Shown: positions 28,017 to 38,415, numbered from the stretch's first letter. The stretch: 64,000 nucleotides of DNA from Alphaproteobacteria bacterium (GCA_017642585.1 JAGCOR010000019.1:9197-73196); one strand, 5' to 3'. Notes: a model not told the origin generated them from the sequence alone. Numbers and translations: made by a program.

Positions 28017-28940
28017 TTATTTCCCTTTGTTAAATGTGCACAGAAAATCCGTTATAGAATCTAGCTTCAGTTTATATTTTACGTTCAGTATTCCAGAAGG
28101 AATATTGCTAGAAATTATCCGTGGAAAACCTGATACCACTTGGTAATACTTCACACCCACATCCTCAAACTGTATAAGATTACTGCAAGGTGCCATGATA
28201 TTAAAATTCAACGATAACAATTTTCTTTCAAATCGTGCTCTTAATTCAGCATCATCACCAAAACATCCTGTAATCACTTGATTGGCCATATCTAAAATTG
28301 TTTGTCCCGAATTTTTACCTTCAACAAATTCATATACTACGAGTAATAAATCCTTTGAATCAACCGCTTCTAATTGATTCTCGTTTGATATGGATATCGT
28401 TTCGTCGTCACTAGTTCTTGCTTTGATTTCATATAAATTTTTCGAAAAAACGAAGTCGTGCGGATTTCCGTCTGGTCCTAACCACGCATCTAACACCTCT
28501 TCTGGAGAGATTTTTATAGACACCAAAAATTTAAAGAACTGTAATTCTCCCATCAGTCCCATCTGTTTTCTAAAATCCATTGTATTCTTTTTTATTGCCG
28601 ACCAAAAATATACCCATTGTTCTAACCGGTTAGAAATATTATTGATATACTTCTGCTCAGGTTCTACTTTTGGTACCTCCGCTAAATCTTGACATAAACG
28701 CGTAAAGATTTCTTTATTAGAACTATCTTTTAATAAAAGCACAAATTGAACCAACCCCAAGCGTTTACGTTCAAAGATAGTTATACCATTAAGCTTCAAC
28801 TGTTTTTCTCGAAACTGTGTATGTGGTGTAGTTTCGATTACGAAAGAAAGTTCGCCATCAGAAGACTTTTCTATAAGCAATGGCAAGTTTTCATCAATTC
28901 TTCTATATGCACCCTTTTGTATCGTATCAAAATCAACCAT
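28017..28940 (-). CDS. PD-(D/E)XK motif nuclease-fold protein
   Basis: GNPHDFVF...LYEIKAR fits PD...ExK. The gene is tightly packed in the operon (2-nt gap downstream, 8-nt overlap upstream). Confidence 0.6.
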   Translation of the reverse strand: MVDFDTIQKGAYRRIDENLPLLIEKSSDGELSFVIETTPHTQFREKQLKLNGITIFERKRLGLVQFVLLLKDSSNKEIFTRLCQDLAEVPKVEPEQKYINNISNRLEQWVYFWSAIKKNTMDFRKQMGLMGELQFFKFLVSIKISPEEVLDAWLGPDGNPHDFVFSKNLYEIKARTSDDETISISNENQLEAVDSKDLLLVVYEFVEGKNSGQTILDMANQVITGCFGDDAELRARFERKLLSLNFNIMAPCSNLIQFEDVGVKYYQVVSGFPRIISSNIPSGILNVKYKLKLDSITDFLCTFNKGK

Positions 28941-31704
28941 TTTGTGCCTCCATTTGTTCTTCTTTTAATTCTTCCTCTATTTCCTCGTATTCGGTGCCAA
29001 GATGTCGTCTGACCTGTTCGTTCCAAGCATAACCACGCAACGGTTTTGTCAAAGGATTATTGTAACTACCAGGGAATGTCACTGTTAATAGCGGAACACT
29101 TTCCTTATCCAACTGTTCATCACTATTGTAAACATCTGCTATATTGATCAGCAACAGCGGCGATTTTCTGTATTCGTCTCGTATTTTGAGACGTAAATTG
29201 TCTATATTTTTATCAATATTAAACTGTTCTAATCCTATTAATTCATCTTCCTTTGTAGACATACTAATTCTTGTATCCCCAGAATCCTTCCTGTAATGTC
29301 TAGTCCCTTTACAAACCTTGAATTTCCCTAATGGAATACTATTCTTTTTGCTATCACGACTTATCAAACCAATACTCCAATTTAATTGTTCGTTTAATTC
29401 CAAATACTTTATGAAATACTCATTTGAATAACGCTTTTGTATTGCAATAGGATACTTTTTTAATAAATCAATAACACAAGTAGACGCAACAGAGTCCCAA
29501 TAATACCCATTGTCTGTTTTTATATGTGTATCAGGTAGTTTTTTTATAAAGTTTTCAAGTGCGTCCATTGCTTGCTGTTTGTTATTATCGTTTATTCCAG
29601 AAGTTATGTTAACATCTCCATTTTCAAATAATTTTCCATCTAATCTTAACCCTTCATCATAACTTGCATTACGAGCTTTTTTGGCGGCAGTTAAAACTAA
29701 CTGAGATGCGGGGTGCATAGCTATTTTTATTAAGAAATTTATAGGTTCTGCTTCTACTTTCTCCATTTCTTTAATGCTTTTTAATAAATCAAGCGAAGAC
29801 GAGGTAGCATATTTGAAGCTGTTTATACAGTTTTCTGGCATAAATATGCGACACAAGTCTTCAAATCTTGGCCTATATCCAAACCAACGCCCCATCTGTA
29901 ACAAAGTGTCACATGCTCCGACGTTCCTAGTAAAATAACTTACACTTAAGTCTTCCAGCGTAAAACCTCTAGCCAAAGAATTTCCACCAACCGCTATAAC
30001 ATTGACTCTTCCTTTGTCTGGATAAACAATTTCCTTAACACCAGAATACGCCCCCCCAACTTGTATCGTATCAACTACCTGTATCAACTGGTTCAGAACA
30101 TCTTTCCACGCAAAAGTTTTGTTATTTTTGTTTTGTCCCCAGTGACCTCCATAAGTACCATCATACCCGTCACCACGCATTGTCTCAAACAATTCCTGGA
30201 AAGGTGCAATATATTCTATGTATTCTTTGGTATTGGTAGGTAATTTTGCATAATTTTTAACCTTATTAGCAGTATCTGCTACAAAATCTCTCAAAAGTTC
30301 CACCACTTTCTGGTGAACAACTCTTAACCGGCTAACATGAACAAGCATACTGTTATTTCTATCTTCGTCTAAACGCAAATCTCGTATAGCAACATTCATC
30401 ATAAATAATCTTATCGCATTAGCTAAAGAAGTAGGTATCTCGTTCGCATATTCACTGACATCGGCTGATACTTGTTTAATTGGAAACGCTTTTTCCCAAT
30501 CAGAAATCTCCACCAAAAAATCCGAATAATTATCCTCGTCTCCTCCAAATATTTTTTCTGCACCAATATATGCCTGTGGTGCCTTTAAAGCTATAATAAA
30601 ATCCTTCGGATATAGGCTTACTCCATACTGTGTTTGTTTACCTTCCTCTATTTGTTCATATAATGGATCAATAAAAACATTCGCAAAAGGCGTGGCGGTA
30701 TAGCCAACATATGCTTTTTTACCAAATTTTTCCAATATTTTGCGAATAAGACCGTTTATTTTTGTTGGATCGTTTTCGTCTCTACTTGTCGATACAGATG
30801 CCATATCGGCCTCATCGTCTATAATCAATACCGCGTGCTCTTTAGTTTGTTTTCCCTCTAACCAATTAAGAATTTCTTTTAATACCGTAGAATTTTTCTT
30901 AACAACCAAAATTTTGGGTACTGATGTATTACCTAAATTTAACGGCTGCAAAGCTTTACGTTGATTAGATTTGAAATCGGCATCATACAATGTCATACAA
31001 AAAGGTGTTTTATCTTCAAATCCAGATAACTCCCTATATTTGCCGACTCCAATTCTGTTATTCGCACCATTAATAGGATCTTCTCTCACACCAATAAAAG
31101 CTTCTCGTAATCTCTTTTGAGTTTGTTGCCGCAATATTTCTATTGTTCCAGTCAACACAATTATCAGTTTAAACCCAGCATCTGCAGCTTTATTGATAAG
31201 CATAGCATAGTTGGCTGTTTTACCTGATTGAACATTACCCATAACTAGACCACGACGGTCTTCTTCCATAGTTGATGTAGGATCGAATAGTTTATCCAAT
31301 ATTAGATCGGTCCGTTCATCTGTTGCATCTATATCGTCTTTGTTCCGGCTTTTGATTGTAGAAGGGTCTTGGTATAAGTAATCAAAGTAGGAATCAGTAT
31401 AATATGTCTTTAACTGGTCTTTTTTATCCGTCCACCATTTCGGTCTATTTCGTGATTCATCTGTTTCAACAACCACTACATTTTCACCATCTGGATAAGC
31501 CACTTGGAAAAATGCTTCAATACGTCTAACTATAGCAATAGACGCTTCTTCTGATAATTTTTCTTTACCTTTGCCTACTATTTTTTCGTAGAGATGTATT
31601 GTTTGAATTATTTTTTTGTATGGTATCGGTTGCTCAACGTCGTCCAAATCTATTTGAACTTGTTTGGCTATTTTTTCGAATTCTTTTGAGCCTTTCTCTA
31701 TCAT
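28933..31704 (-). CDS. Z1 domain protein with an N-terminal helicase-like ATPase
   Basis: GNVQSGKTANY (Walker A) and LIIDDEADMAS (DEAD-like). GGNSLARGFTLEDLSVSYFTR...DTLLQMGRWFGYRP matches the recalled Z1 signature. Confidence 0.7.
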   Translation of the reverse strand: MIEKGSKEFEKIAKQVQIDLDDVEQPIPYKKIIQTIHLYEKIVGKGKEKLSEEASIAIVRRIEAFFQVAYPDGENVVVVETDESRNRPKWWTDKKDQLKTYYTDSYFDYLYQDPSTIKSRNKDDIDATDERTDLILDKLFDPTSTMEEDRRGLVMGNVQSGKTANYAMLINKAADAGFKLIIVLTGTIEILRQQTQKRLREAFIGVREDPINGANNRIGVGKYRELSGFEDKTPFCMTLYDADFKSNQRKALQPLNLGNTSVPKILVVKKNSTVLKEILNWLEGKQTKEHAVLIIDDEADMASVSTSRDENDPTKINGLIRKILEKFGKKAYVGYTATPFANVFIDPLYEQIEEGKQTQYGVSLYPKDFIIALKAPQAYIGAEKIFGGDEDNYSDFLVEISDWEKAFPIKQVSADVSEYANEIPTSLANAIRLFMMNVAIRDLRLDEDRNNSMLVHVSRLRVVHQKVVELLRDFVADTANKVKNYAKLPTNTKEYIEYIAPFQELFETMRGDGYDGTYGGHWGQNKNNKTFAWKDVLNQLIQVVDTIQVGGAYSGVKEIVYPDKGRVNVIAVGGNSLARGFTLEDLSVSYFTRNVGACDTLLQMGRWFGYRPRFEDLCRIFMPENCINSFKYATSSSLDLLKSIKEMEKVEAEPINFLIKIAMHPASQLVLTAAKKARNASYDEGLRLDGKLFENGDVNITSGINDNNKQQAMDALENFIKKLPDTHIKTDNGYYWDSVASTCVIDLLKKYPIAIQKRYSNEYFIKYLELNEQLNWSIGLISRDSKKNSIPLGKFKVCKGTRHYRKDSGDTRISMSTKEDELIGLEQFNIDKNIDNLRLKIRDEYRKSPLLLINIADVYNSDEQLDKESVPLLTVTFPGSYNNPLTKPLRGYAWNEQVRRHLGTEYEEIEEELKEEQMEAQNG

Positions 31705-33143
31705 GCAAACACCTCATCTAAAATTTCATTTATTTGTTTATCGAATTTATCGTCATAATCTATTTTGATTATTTCAAAAACCTTATTTTTATCTCTACCT
31801 TGTTCTTTTAAGAAAAGAGCCAATTCTTTTACACTCTCTTCGGAAAAATCTTTTTCCAAATAAATCGAATATGGATCTTGGTTAATGACAGCGTCTATGG
31901 CTCTAACAGGAACTGTCTGTTCTATTTTATTTAACATGCTGTCCAAAATATTTTTATTTACACCCAAACTTTCCGAAATTTCAATATATAACGGATGTTT
32001 CCTGTTGATTTTAAATGCAACCTTTCCATCTTTTTCTTCTTCTACCCACCAATCTGTAACATCACGTTTAAGCCCCCTATGAGATTTCGTGGTTTTAGAT
32101 CTACTTCGCACTTTAAGCGCATACGGCATCAATATAGCTCTTACCTCTGGTATTGGTTCCGCCATAGATTTTTTAACATCAATGTTCCACAACTCATCTT
32201 GAGTGTTGTCAATATCGATCATTATTCTTGCCAATGCAGTAGCATCACTTACTTTCGCTAAACGAAACCAGGTGCCCCCAACTAACAATCTTCCTGCCCT
32301 ATAAAGATAAAACCCTTGATTTTTGGTAAAACCGTCACCTCCATCTAAATCATCATATTGCTTTTTGGTCAGTTTAGTATAGTTAGGCAAATCGTAGGCT
32401 GTTATCTGTATGTCATGGCCCTTTACTGTCACTGTTTCTGTAGGATTTTTTTGTGTAGCCAGCAATGCTTCAGCAAACGGATTTTTTGCTATTAATTCTG
32501 TTCCATTGAAAAACAACGATATTTTATGACCATGAAAACCTTCCTTGGATAAGAACTTGTGAAAAACTAATGATAGATGATCCCGAAGGTCCCCCATCAG
32601 GGTTTCCAGATGTTCTGCCTCATACCGGTCCATGTTTTCCCATATAACAATTGTCCAAGAATCTGATTTTTGTATGCGATTGACAATATCTGGATCAATA
32701 CGAACAATTATACCTTTTATATCATCATATGATACCTCGTCTGCCAACCATCTGTTTTCTCTTTCTAAAATAGGTATATCCCATCTCAGTCCGTAAATCT
32801 CACCGCCTTTTTGTTTTGATAGCACAGAAAAAGTTTTGGTTTGAGAAAAAGAAGCCGTTTTTAGCCCCAGGCCAAATTTACCCAGATCACCAATTTGGCG
32901 TAAATCTCTTTTAGTTCCCAATCTCATGGCTTCAATTAGAGTGTTTTTATCCATTCCGTCGCCATCATCAAAAATTATCGCCTTCATTTCTGATGGTACA
33001 ACCGATATACGGACATTGGATGCATTGGCTGAAATACTATTATCGACAATATCAGCAACCGCTGTGTCTAATTGATAACCGATTTCTCTGAAAGAAGACA
33101 GGAAAACCGAAAGATTTGGTGCTATTTCTACTGAATTTGACAT
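31701..33143 (-). CDS. GHKL/HATPase_c-type ATP-binding protein
   Basis: VADIVDNSISANAS (N box) and DDGDGMD (G1 box) at the N-terminus. It is the first gene of the five-gene minus-strand operon. Confidence 0.7.
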   Translation of the reverse strand: MSNSVEIAPNLSVFLSSFREIGYQLDTAVADIVDNSISANASNVRISVVPSEMKAIIFDDGDGMDKNTLIEAMRLGTKRDLRQIGDLGKFGLGLKTASFSQTKTFSVLSKQKGGEIYGLRWDIPILERENRWLADEVSYDDIKGIIVRIDPDIVNRIQKSDSWTIVIWENMDRYEAEHLETLMGDLRDHLSLVFHKFLSKEGFHGHKISLFFNGTELIAKNPFAEALLATQKNPTETVTVKGHDIQITAYDLPNYTKLTKKQYDDLDGGDGFTKNQGFYLYRAGRLLVGGTWFRLAKVSDATALARIMIDIDNTQDELWNIDVKKSMAEPIPEVRAILMPYALKVRSRSKTTKSHRGLKRDVTDWWVEEEKDGKVAFKINRKHPLYIEISESLGVNKNILDSMLNKIEQTVPVRAIDAVINQDPYSIYLEKDFSEESVKELALFLKEQGRDKNKVFEIIKIDYDDKFDKQINEILDEVFA

Positions 33144-33265
33144 TTTTATTCCTAATGTTATAGGGTTATTATACTAACAACAGTAAATGCTTGCAAGGTT
33201 CTTTTAATAACTTGACTGATGGCTTCTTTAGAGCGGTAATTGGACGACCTTATAAAGGAGTCGAT

Positions 33266-33688
33266 ATGTCATATAAAGATAACCTGCCCAAGACGATGGA
33301 CGAGCTAAAAGCCATGTCATTTGATGAACGGGCACAATTATGGACTAAATATTCGCAATATCCGTTCAAACGGCAAATGCGATCACTTTGGTATTATATT
33401 CAATGTGACCGCCTAAATCTGCGAATAGAAAACAAACATCTTATACAAATTCGTAAATATAAAGACGATCCAGAAAAATGCCTGACCAGTGTCACAAAAA
33501 ATAAGTATAACTTCGTTCCTGGTACAATTCTAACTCGATATTTTAAGGGCATAAAACATGAGGTTCTGGTGAACGATGACGATACATTTACCTATAATGG
33601 AGATAGGTACAAAAGCTTATCTGCTATTGCCACCCAGATAACAGACACAAAAGTGTCAGGCGTATTCTTCTTTGGGCTCAAAAATTAA
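33266..33688 (+). CDS. DUF2924-like protein (accessory protein of serine-recombinase elements)
   Basis: The C-terminal YNGDRYKSLSAIATQITDTKVSGVFFFGL matches the recalled DUF2924 signature (Y.SLSAIA..ITG....G..FFGL). AAAGGAG RBS before the ATG at 33266. Confidence 0.6.
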   Translation: MSYKDNLPKTMDELKAMSFDERAQLWTKYSQYPFKRQMRSLWYYIQCDRLNLRIENKHLIQIRKYKDDPEKCLTSVTKNKYNFVPGTILTRYFKGIKHEVLVNDDDTFTYNGDRYKSLSAIATQITDTKVSGVFFFGLKN

Positions 33689-34155
33689 ATATAATGAATA
33701 CCAGCGAGAAGCTTTTCTAGTTTATCTTTTGCCCAACATATTAATTGTATGTCTATATCTTGACCTTCATTCCATAATTTTTCTCCATGCAAAAAATTGC
33801 ATCGTATTTGATATATTACTTTCAGAAAATCTTCTAACGAATTATGTTCGGCATTATATGGCACTTCATGTTGAAAATGGCTATCGCTGGACAATTTGAT
33901 TCGAGGATTGTTGTCGTCATGTTGTGATGGAATCTCAGCAAAATCCCTTACACATTCGCCTTTGATTTGATTATAATATTCTTTCGCCGCACTATTATCT
34001 TTAAGAGCGAGCGCGGCCTGTCCATCTGTTCCATGATATTCTCTATGATATCTAAAATTATATTCTTGCCACAAAAATACAAATTCCACGACAGTTTGTA
34101 CTTCTGGCGATAGTTGATGTCTTAAATTGCGTTTCAGCCAGTTTAATGGTGTCAT
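33685..34155 (-). CDS. small protein with an Rx4H (HEPN-like) motif
   Basis: IRCNFLHGEK contains R-x4-H followed by G, as in several HEPN RNase families. AAGGA RBS before the ATG at 34155. Assignment is tentative. Confidence 0.4.
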   Translation of the reverse strand: MTPLNWLKRNLRHQLSPEVQTVVEFVFLWQEYNFRYHREYHGTDGQAALALKDNSAAKEYYNQIKGECVRDFAEIPSQHDDNNPRIKLSSDSHFQHEVPYNAEHNSLEDFLKVIYQIRCNFLHGEKLWNEGQDIDIQLICWAKDKLEKLLAGIHYI

Positions 34156-34232
34156 TTTAGTCCTTTTTTGCAAAATATAACTTGATTTATGTAGAAAGAC
34201 AAGCCCAAATACAAAACAAAAAAGGATTAAAC

Positions 34233-35822
34233 ATGACCATTAAATGCGCTATTTATACGCGTAAATCAACCGAACATGGACTTGAACAAGAGTTTAATTC
34301 TCTACAAAACCAGGAAGAGTCGTGCAAGGCATATATTGCATCCCAGGGATTCAATGGCTGGCGGTATTACAAGACCTATAGTGATGCAGCAATATCTGGT
34401 GGAACTATGGACCGCCCTGCTCTAAAGCAAATGTTAGATGATATGGCACATGGGTTAGTAAATACCGTAGTAGTTTACAAAGTTGATCGCTTATCGCGTT
34501 CAATCTTAGATTTCCACAATATGATGAAATACTTTGAAAAATACGGTGCAAACTTCGTGTCCATTACCCAATCATTTGATACCAGTACATCTATGGGTAA
34601 ACTAACATTGAATATGTTGCTGTCGTTCGCACAGTTCGAACGTGAAGTATCAAGTGAACGTGTGCGTGATAAAATCCGTGCATCAAAAGCCAAAGGCCTA
34701 TGGATGGGTGGTGCACCGCGTTTGGGTTATGACCTGATAAACAAAAAATTGGTAGTAAACCCAACCGAAGCAGAACAAGTGCGACATCTGTTTGAGAAAT
34801 ACCTAGAACTGCAATCTGTAAACGATTTAACTGAATACGCACGGCAAAATGGTATATATGGTAAATGCTGGGAAACCAATAAACGAAAAATACGTGGTGG
34901 AAACCCCATATCTAAAATGAGTATGCATCGCATTCTGCGGGATAAAGTTTACATCGGTCAAATTGAAAATAAAAAAGAAGGCACTTTTGCCAAAGGCGAA
35001 CACAAGCCGATTATTTCTGCTGAACTGTTTAATCGTGTCCAAATTGCGTTGGCTAATAACACAAACAACAAATCCCAAAGCACACATGCGCCGAATATAT
35101 TGACTGGAAAATTATTTAATCACAATGGTGTGAAATTTATAAACCAACGCACCAGTGGTAAAGGCAAAAAGACCGCGTATTATTACGCGACTAAGGGGTT
35201 CTATCTAACCGCTGGCCGTGTGGATGAAATTGTTATAAAAACGATAACAGATTTTCTGAACAGTGATATGTCGAATCTGCCCATAAACCTGGCCACCATA
35301 TTAAAACGAATTGATATAACAAATATGAATTTCACAGAAAAACGCAACTTAATTCAATTATTGTTTGAAAAAGTTGTGTATTCACAAGAGCAGCTGATTT
35401 ATACAATTACGACCGACACACAAAAATTACAGCCGTTTATCAAGGAGCATTATGTAAATCAAAATGTTGAGCCCATGGAATATATAATTGGCGACAACAG
35501 CATAACAATTACTGAAAAAGTATTCTTACGCAAATACGTCAACACGGTATACGACCGTGGTAAAAACGGTGTATTAAATGTCACCGACAATAATCATTTA
35601 ATTTTGAAAGCCTTTGCCACAGCATGGAAATATAGGGAATTATATGAACGAGATGGCAATGTGGATAATATTATACATAGCAACCACACTTCTTCTCGCC
35701 AGTTTTATCGTTATCTGGATATCGCATATATGGACCCAGACAAGATAAATCAAATCTTGTCTGGGAAATTAAAAATCAACGTTAATGATTTATTCCAGAT
35801 TGCGCAGGAGAATCAAATATAA
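34233..35822 (+). CDS. large serine recombinase
   Basis: CAIYTRKSTE (catalytic Ser context), VVVYKVDRLSRS and SFAQFERE match the resolvase catalytic domain. A long recombinase/Zn-ribbon-type C-terminal part follows. Confidence 0.88.
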   Translation: MTIKCAIYTRKSTEHGLEQEFNSLQNQEESCKAYIASQGFNGWRYYKTYSDAAISGGTMDRPALKQMLDDMAHGLVNTVVVYKVDRLSRSILDFHNMMKYFEKYGANFVSITQSFDTSTSMGKLTLNMLLSFAQFEREVSSERVRDKIRASKAKGLWMGGAPRLGYDLINKKLVVNPTEAEQVRHLFEKYLELQSVNDLTEYARQNGIYGKCWETNKRKIRGGNPISKMSMHRILRDKVYIGQIENKKEGTFAKGEHKPIISAELFNRVQIALANNTNNKSQSTHAPNILTGKLFNHNGVKFINQRTSGKGKKTAYYYATKGFYLTAGRVDEIVIKTITDFLNSDMSNLPINLATILKRIDITNMNFTEKRNLIQLLFEKVVYSQEQLIYTITTDTQKLQPFIKEHYVNQNVEPMEYIIGDNSITITEKVFLRKYVNTVYDRGKNGVLNVTDNNHLILKAFATAWKYRELYERDGNVDNIIHSNHTSSRQFYRYLDIAYMDPDKINQILSGKLKINVNDLFQIAQENQI

Positions 35823-35830
35823 CCCCAAAA

Positions 35831-37276
35831 TTATTCCACTAATCGGTTTACGATTGGAATTATATTTATATCATCAAAATTATATTTATAAATCGAGGCT
35901 ATTATTATCTGATTATCTTTAAAATCTCTCTTTAATATATTAATCATGCACTCTAAATTTTTTCGATCTATTTCTTTACCACTAGGGGAATCTAAAATTA
36001 TAGGCAGTTTGATCCCTAACTTTTTTTCTATTTCAAGGATGTATGCTAGTCTAAAAGCAAATACTGTTTTATGTAACACGGCACCAGACAACTCTTTTAA
36101 ATTGGAAGTGAATAAATAAGAAGCCGCTATAGAATCACCGTCTGCAACTCCAAGTTCTGTTGCGTATTTCGCTACATTATTATACATAGACGCGATTATA
36201 ATATCGTCTGATTTTGTTTTTCTATCTATTTGACCCCTTACAAATTTAAGTTCTTTTTCTGTTTTTTGTATTTCTTCGTTTATGGCAATTTCGTTTATGG
36301 GTATAGATAATATTTCACGATTAAATATATCCACAATATCTTCTGAAGAAAAAAACTCTTCTTGTTCTTGTTCTCTTTTTAATTCATTTTGCATTAAAAC
36401 TAATTGTCTAGCAATATTTGATAATTTCGCAGAAACAATTTTTCTTTTAGCAATAAGAAATTCTATCGTGTCAGTTAATCCGACAATATTTGTGTCGTTT
36501 ACAGGAATAGTTTGACCATCCGGGGTTTTTACCAATAATTTGATTTCTGAAACGAAATTTTTAAATAGTTTATTGTCTTTTAATATCTTGTCTATTCTAG
36601 ATAATTCCGCTTGCAACGTTTGTTGTTCTAATAACAGGTTGTTCCTTTTAGCAGAAACCGTTTCATCATATTTGAGTGACGCTAATGAACCATTGGATTT
36701 TGCAACACTATCCCTGTATTTAGCTATGCTATGCATTTGTTTATATTTGCTTAAATTATCTTGCAGTTTTTCTTTTATACATAATAGCTCCGTACAATCT
36801 TGATCAGATATTCCCCGAATTAGTTCTTCTATACTAAATCTTATCCCGCCTATTACAATCCCTCTATTCAATAAAGTCCAGCCCTTTTCTTGATCTACAT
36901 AAAAGGCACCTAATATGTTAGATAATATATTTTTATTGTCGGAACCAAATACAATTTTATGCAATTCGTATTGTTGATCTGGTAATACAAAGGTTGTAAC
37001 CGTTCCTTGCGCTTCGACACTAATAGCATCTTTTGAAATTCTTTTTAAACTTATATTTCCAAAACGTTCTGTGTATATAATCGTCTTTATTTCGCATTTA
37101 TCAAAGTGAATTTTTTTTGTATTTGGCACTGCATAACCAATAGAATACAATAAACACCTTAATAAGGTGGTTTTTCCCTTGCTATTTTCTAGAGAAAAAA
37201 TTAAATTTGCACCACCAGAGAAATCTATAGTTCTTTCAAAAAAACCTTCTTTTATTTTTATAGATAAAAATCTCAT
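35831..37276 (-). CDS. lmuB: SMC/Rad50-like ABC ATPase, LmuB-like (Lamassu)
   Basis: N-terminal Walker A (ENSKGKTTLL), a central coiled-coil, and a C-terminal Walker B-like PIILDSPSGKEID. It overlaps the upstream nuclease gene by 4 nt. Confidence 0.55.
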   Translation of the reverse strand: MRFLSIKIKEGFFERTIDFSGGANLIFSLENSKGKTTLLRCLLYSIGYAVPNTKKIHFDKCEIKTIIYTERFGNISLKRISKDAISVEAQGTVTTFVLPDQQYELHKIVFGSDNKNILSNILGAFYVDQEKGWTLLNRGIVIGGIRFSIEELIRGISDQDCTELLCIKEKLQDNLSKYKQMHSIAKYRDSVAKSNGSLASLKYDETVSAKRNNLLLEQQTLQAELSRIDKILKDNKLFKNFVSEIKLLVKTPDGQTIPVNDTNIVGLTDTIEFLIAKRKIVSAKLSNIARQLVLMQNELKREQEQEEFFSSEDIVDIFNREILSIPINEIAINEEIQKTEKELKFVRGQIDRKTKSDDIIIASMYNNVAKYATELGVADGDSIAASYLFTSNLKELSGAVLHKTVFAFRLAYILEIEKKLGIKLPIILDSPSGKEIDRKNLECMINILKRDFKDNQIIIASIYKYNFDDINIIPIVNRLVE

Positions 37277-38277
37277 AATCCGACCCCGTTCTTTATGTTA
37301 TCTATATAAAATCTTCTACGTATCACATTATATAAGACTAATTTAATCAAAGTTTCTTTTACTTCTGAATTCAAATCTGTACTATCTAGGTATGGCAAAT
37401 AATTTGTCCAAGATTGTTCTATGAACTTTTTACATTTATCGGCATTATTTGTGTTACATTTAAAATCATTATAGTCGTACAAAATACGTGTAAAAAACTC
37501 CATACGCTCACACATTGAATCTATTAATTGTGAGTATTGTCGTATTGTTTCTTCTTGTAAACCAAGATCCAAACCGTCCAAAAAATCCATGCCATTGGAT
37601 ACTTCTGTAACAAACACAATCATAGGCCATACAATATCTGTCTTTTTTAATTTTATTGTGGCGTTGGCTTTTGTTCCGTCACCAAATAAGCTGTTTTGCC
37701 AAACAGACATTAATTTCTTGCCCAAACCAGGACAATCCATTATCCCCAAATCACCAATAAAATCATCTATACACCGCTTTATTTCTTTGTAGCGTTCTTG
37801 CTCATCATCTGTTTCAAACGGCAGTACGTGAACCACAAATTTATCTGTATCTAATGGCACATCTATGTTATGCAGATAATCGGTAATTATTTTTTGCGCA
37901 CTTGGTGGAATATTGGCAAAAGATCTGCGGGCGTGACCGTAAAAAGCAGACCGAGAATCGTCATCTTTAAATGGGTTAGGAGAATTCGTGATAAATATAG
38001 CTTTTTTTACATTTGTTTTACTACAAGCTTCAGATAATGTTTTTAATGCTTTATTTAAATTGGCGCGTACATTGTTAAAATCGTAACTACTATGTTGTAC
38101 GGCTTTTGCTTGTGCTAATATGCATTCGTTGTTATTAAGAAATAATTCTATATCTTCATTGTCGCTTTCGATTTTGACGGCCTGCAACTCTTTCATGTTG
38201 TCCAGCATTAAAACAATAGCAGCATTGACCTGAAAATCAAACCCAAACATTACAGCATTTGCACGTCTATTTGTCAT
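37273..38277 (-). CDS. lmuA: Cap4-type (DUF4297) dsDNA nuclease-domain protein, LmuA-like effector
   Basis: N-terminal FGFDFQVNAAIVLML, then EDIELF...ILAQAKA (D...QxK), as recalled for the Cap4 nuclease domain. Confidence 0.5.
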   Translation of the reverse strand: MTNRRANAVMFGFDFQVNAAIVLMLDNMKELQAVKIESDNEDIELFLNNNECILAQAKAVQHSSYDFNNVRANLNKALKTLSEACSKTNVKKAIFITNSPNPFKDDDSRSAFYGHARRSFANIPPSAQKIITDYLHNIDVPLDTDKFVVHVLPFETDDEQERYKEIKRCIDDFIGDLGIMDCPGLGKKLMSVWQNSLFGDGTKANATIKLKKTDIVWPMIVFVTEVSNGMDFLDGLDLGLQEETIRQYSQLIDSMCERMEFFTRILYDYNDFKCNTNNADKCKKFIEQSWTNYLPYLDSTDLNSEVKETLIKLVLYNVIRRRFYIDNIKNGVGL

Positions 38278-38415
38278 GTTATTCCCATGTTATTTGCTTA
38301 TATTTACAGTTGAATCTAGCAAATTTTAATATTTTTGCAACCTTTTACATAAAACTGGCATCGGGAAATTGGTCAAAGTATATAATTACGGTGAGCTTGG
38401 GCGGATTGGTGGTAA

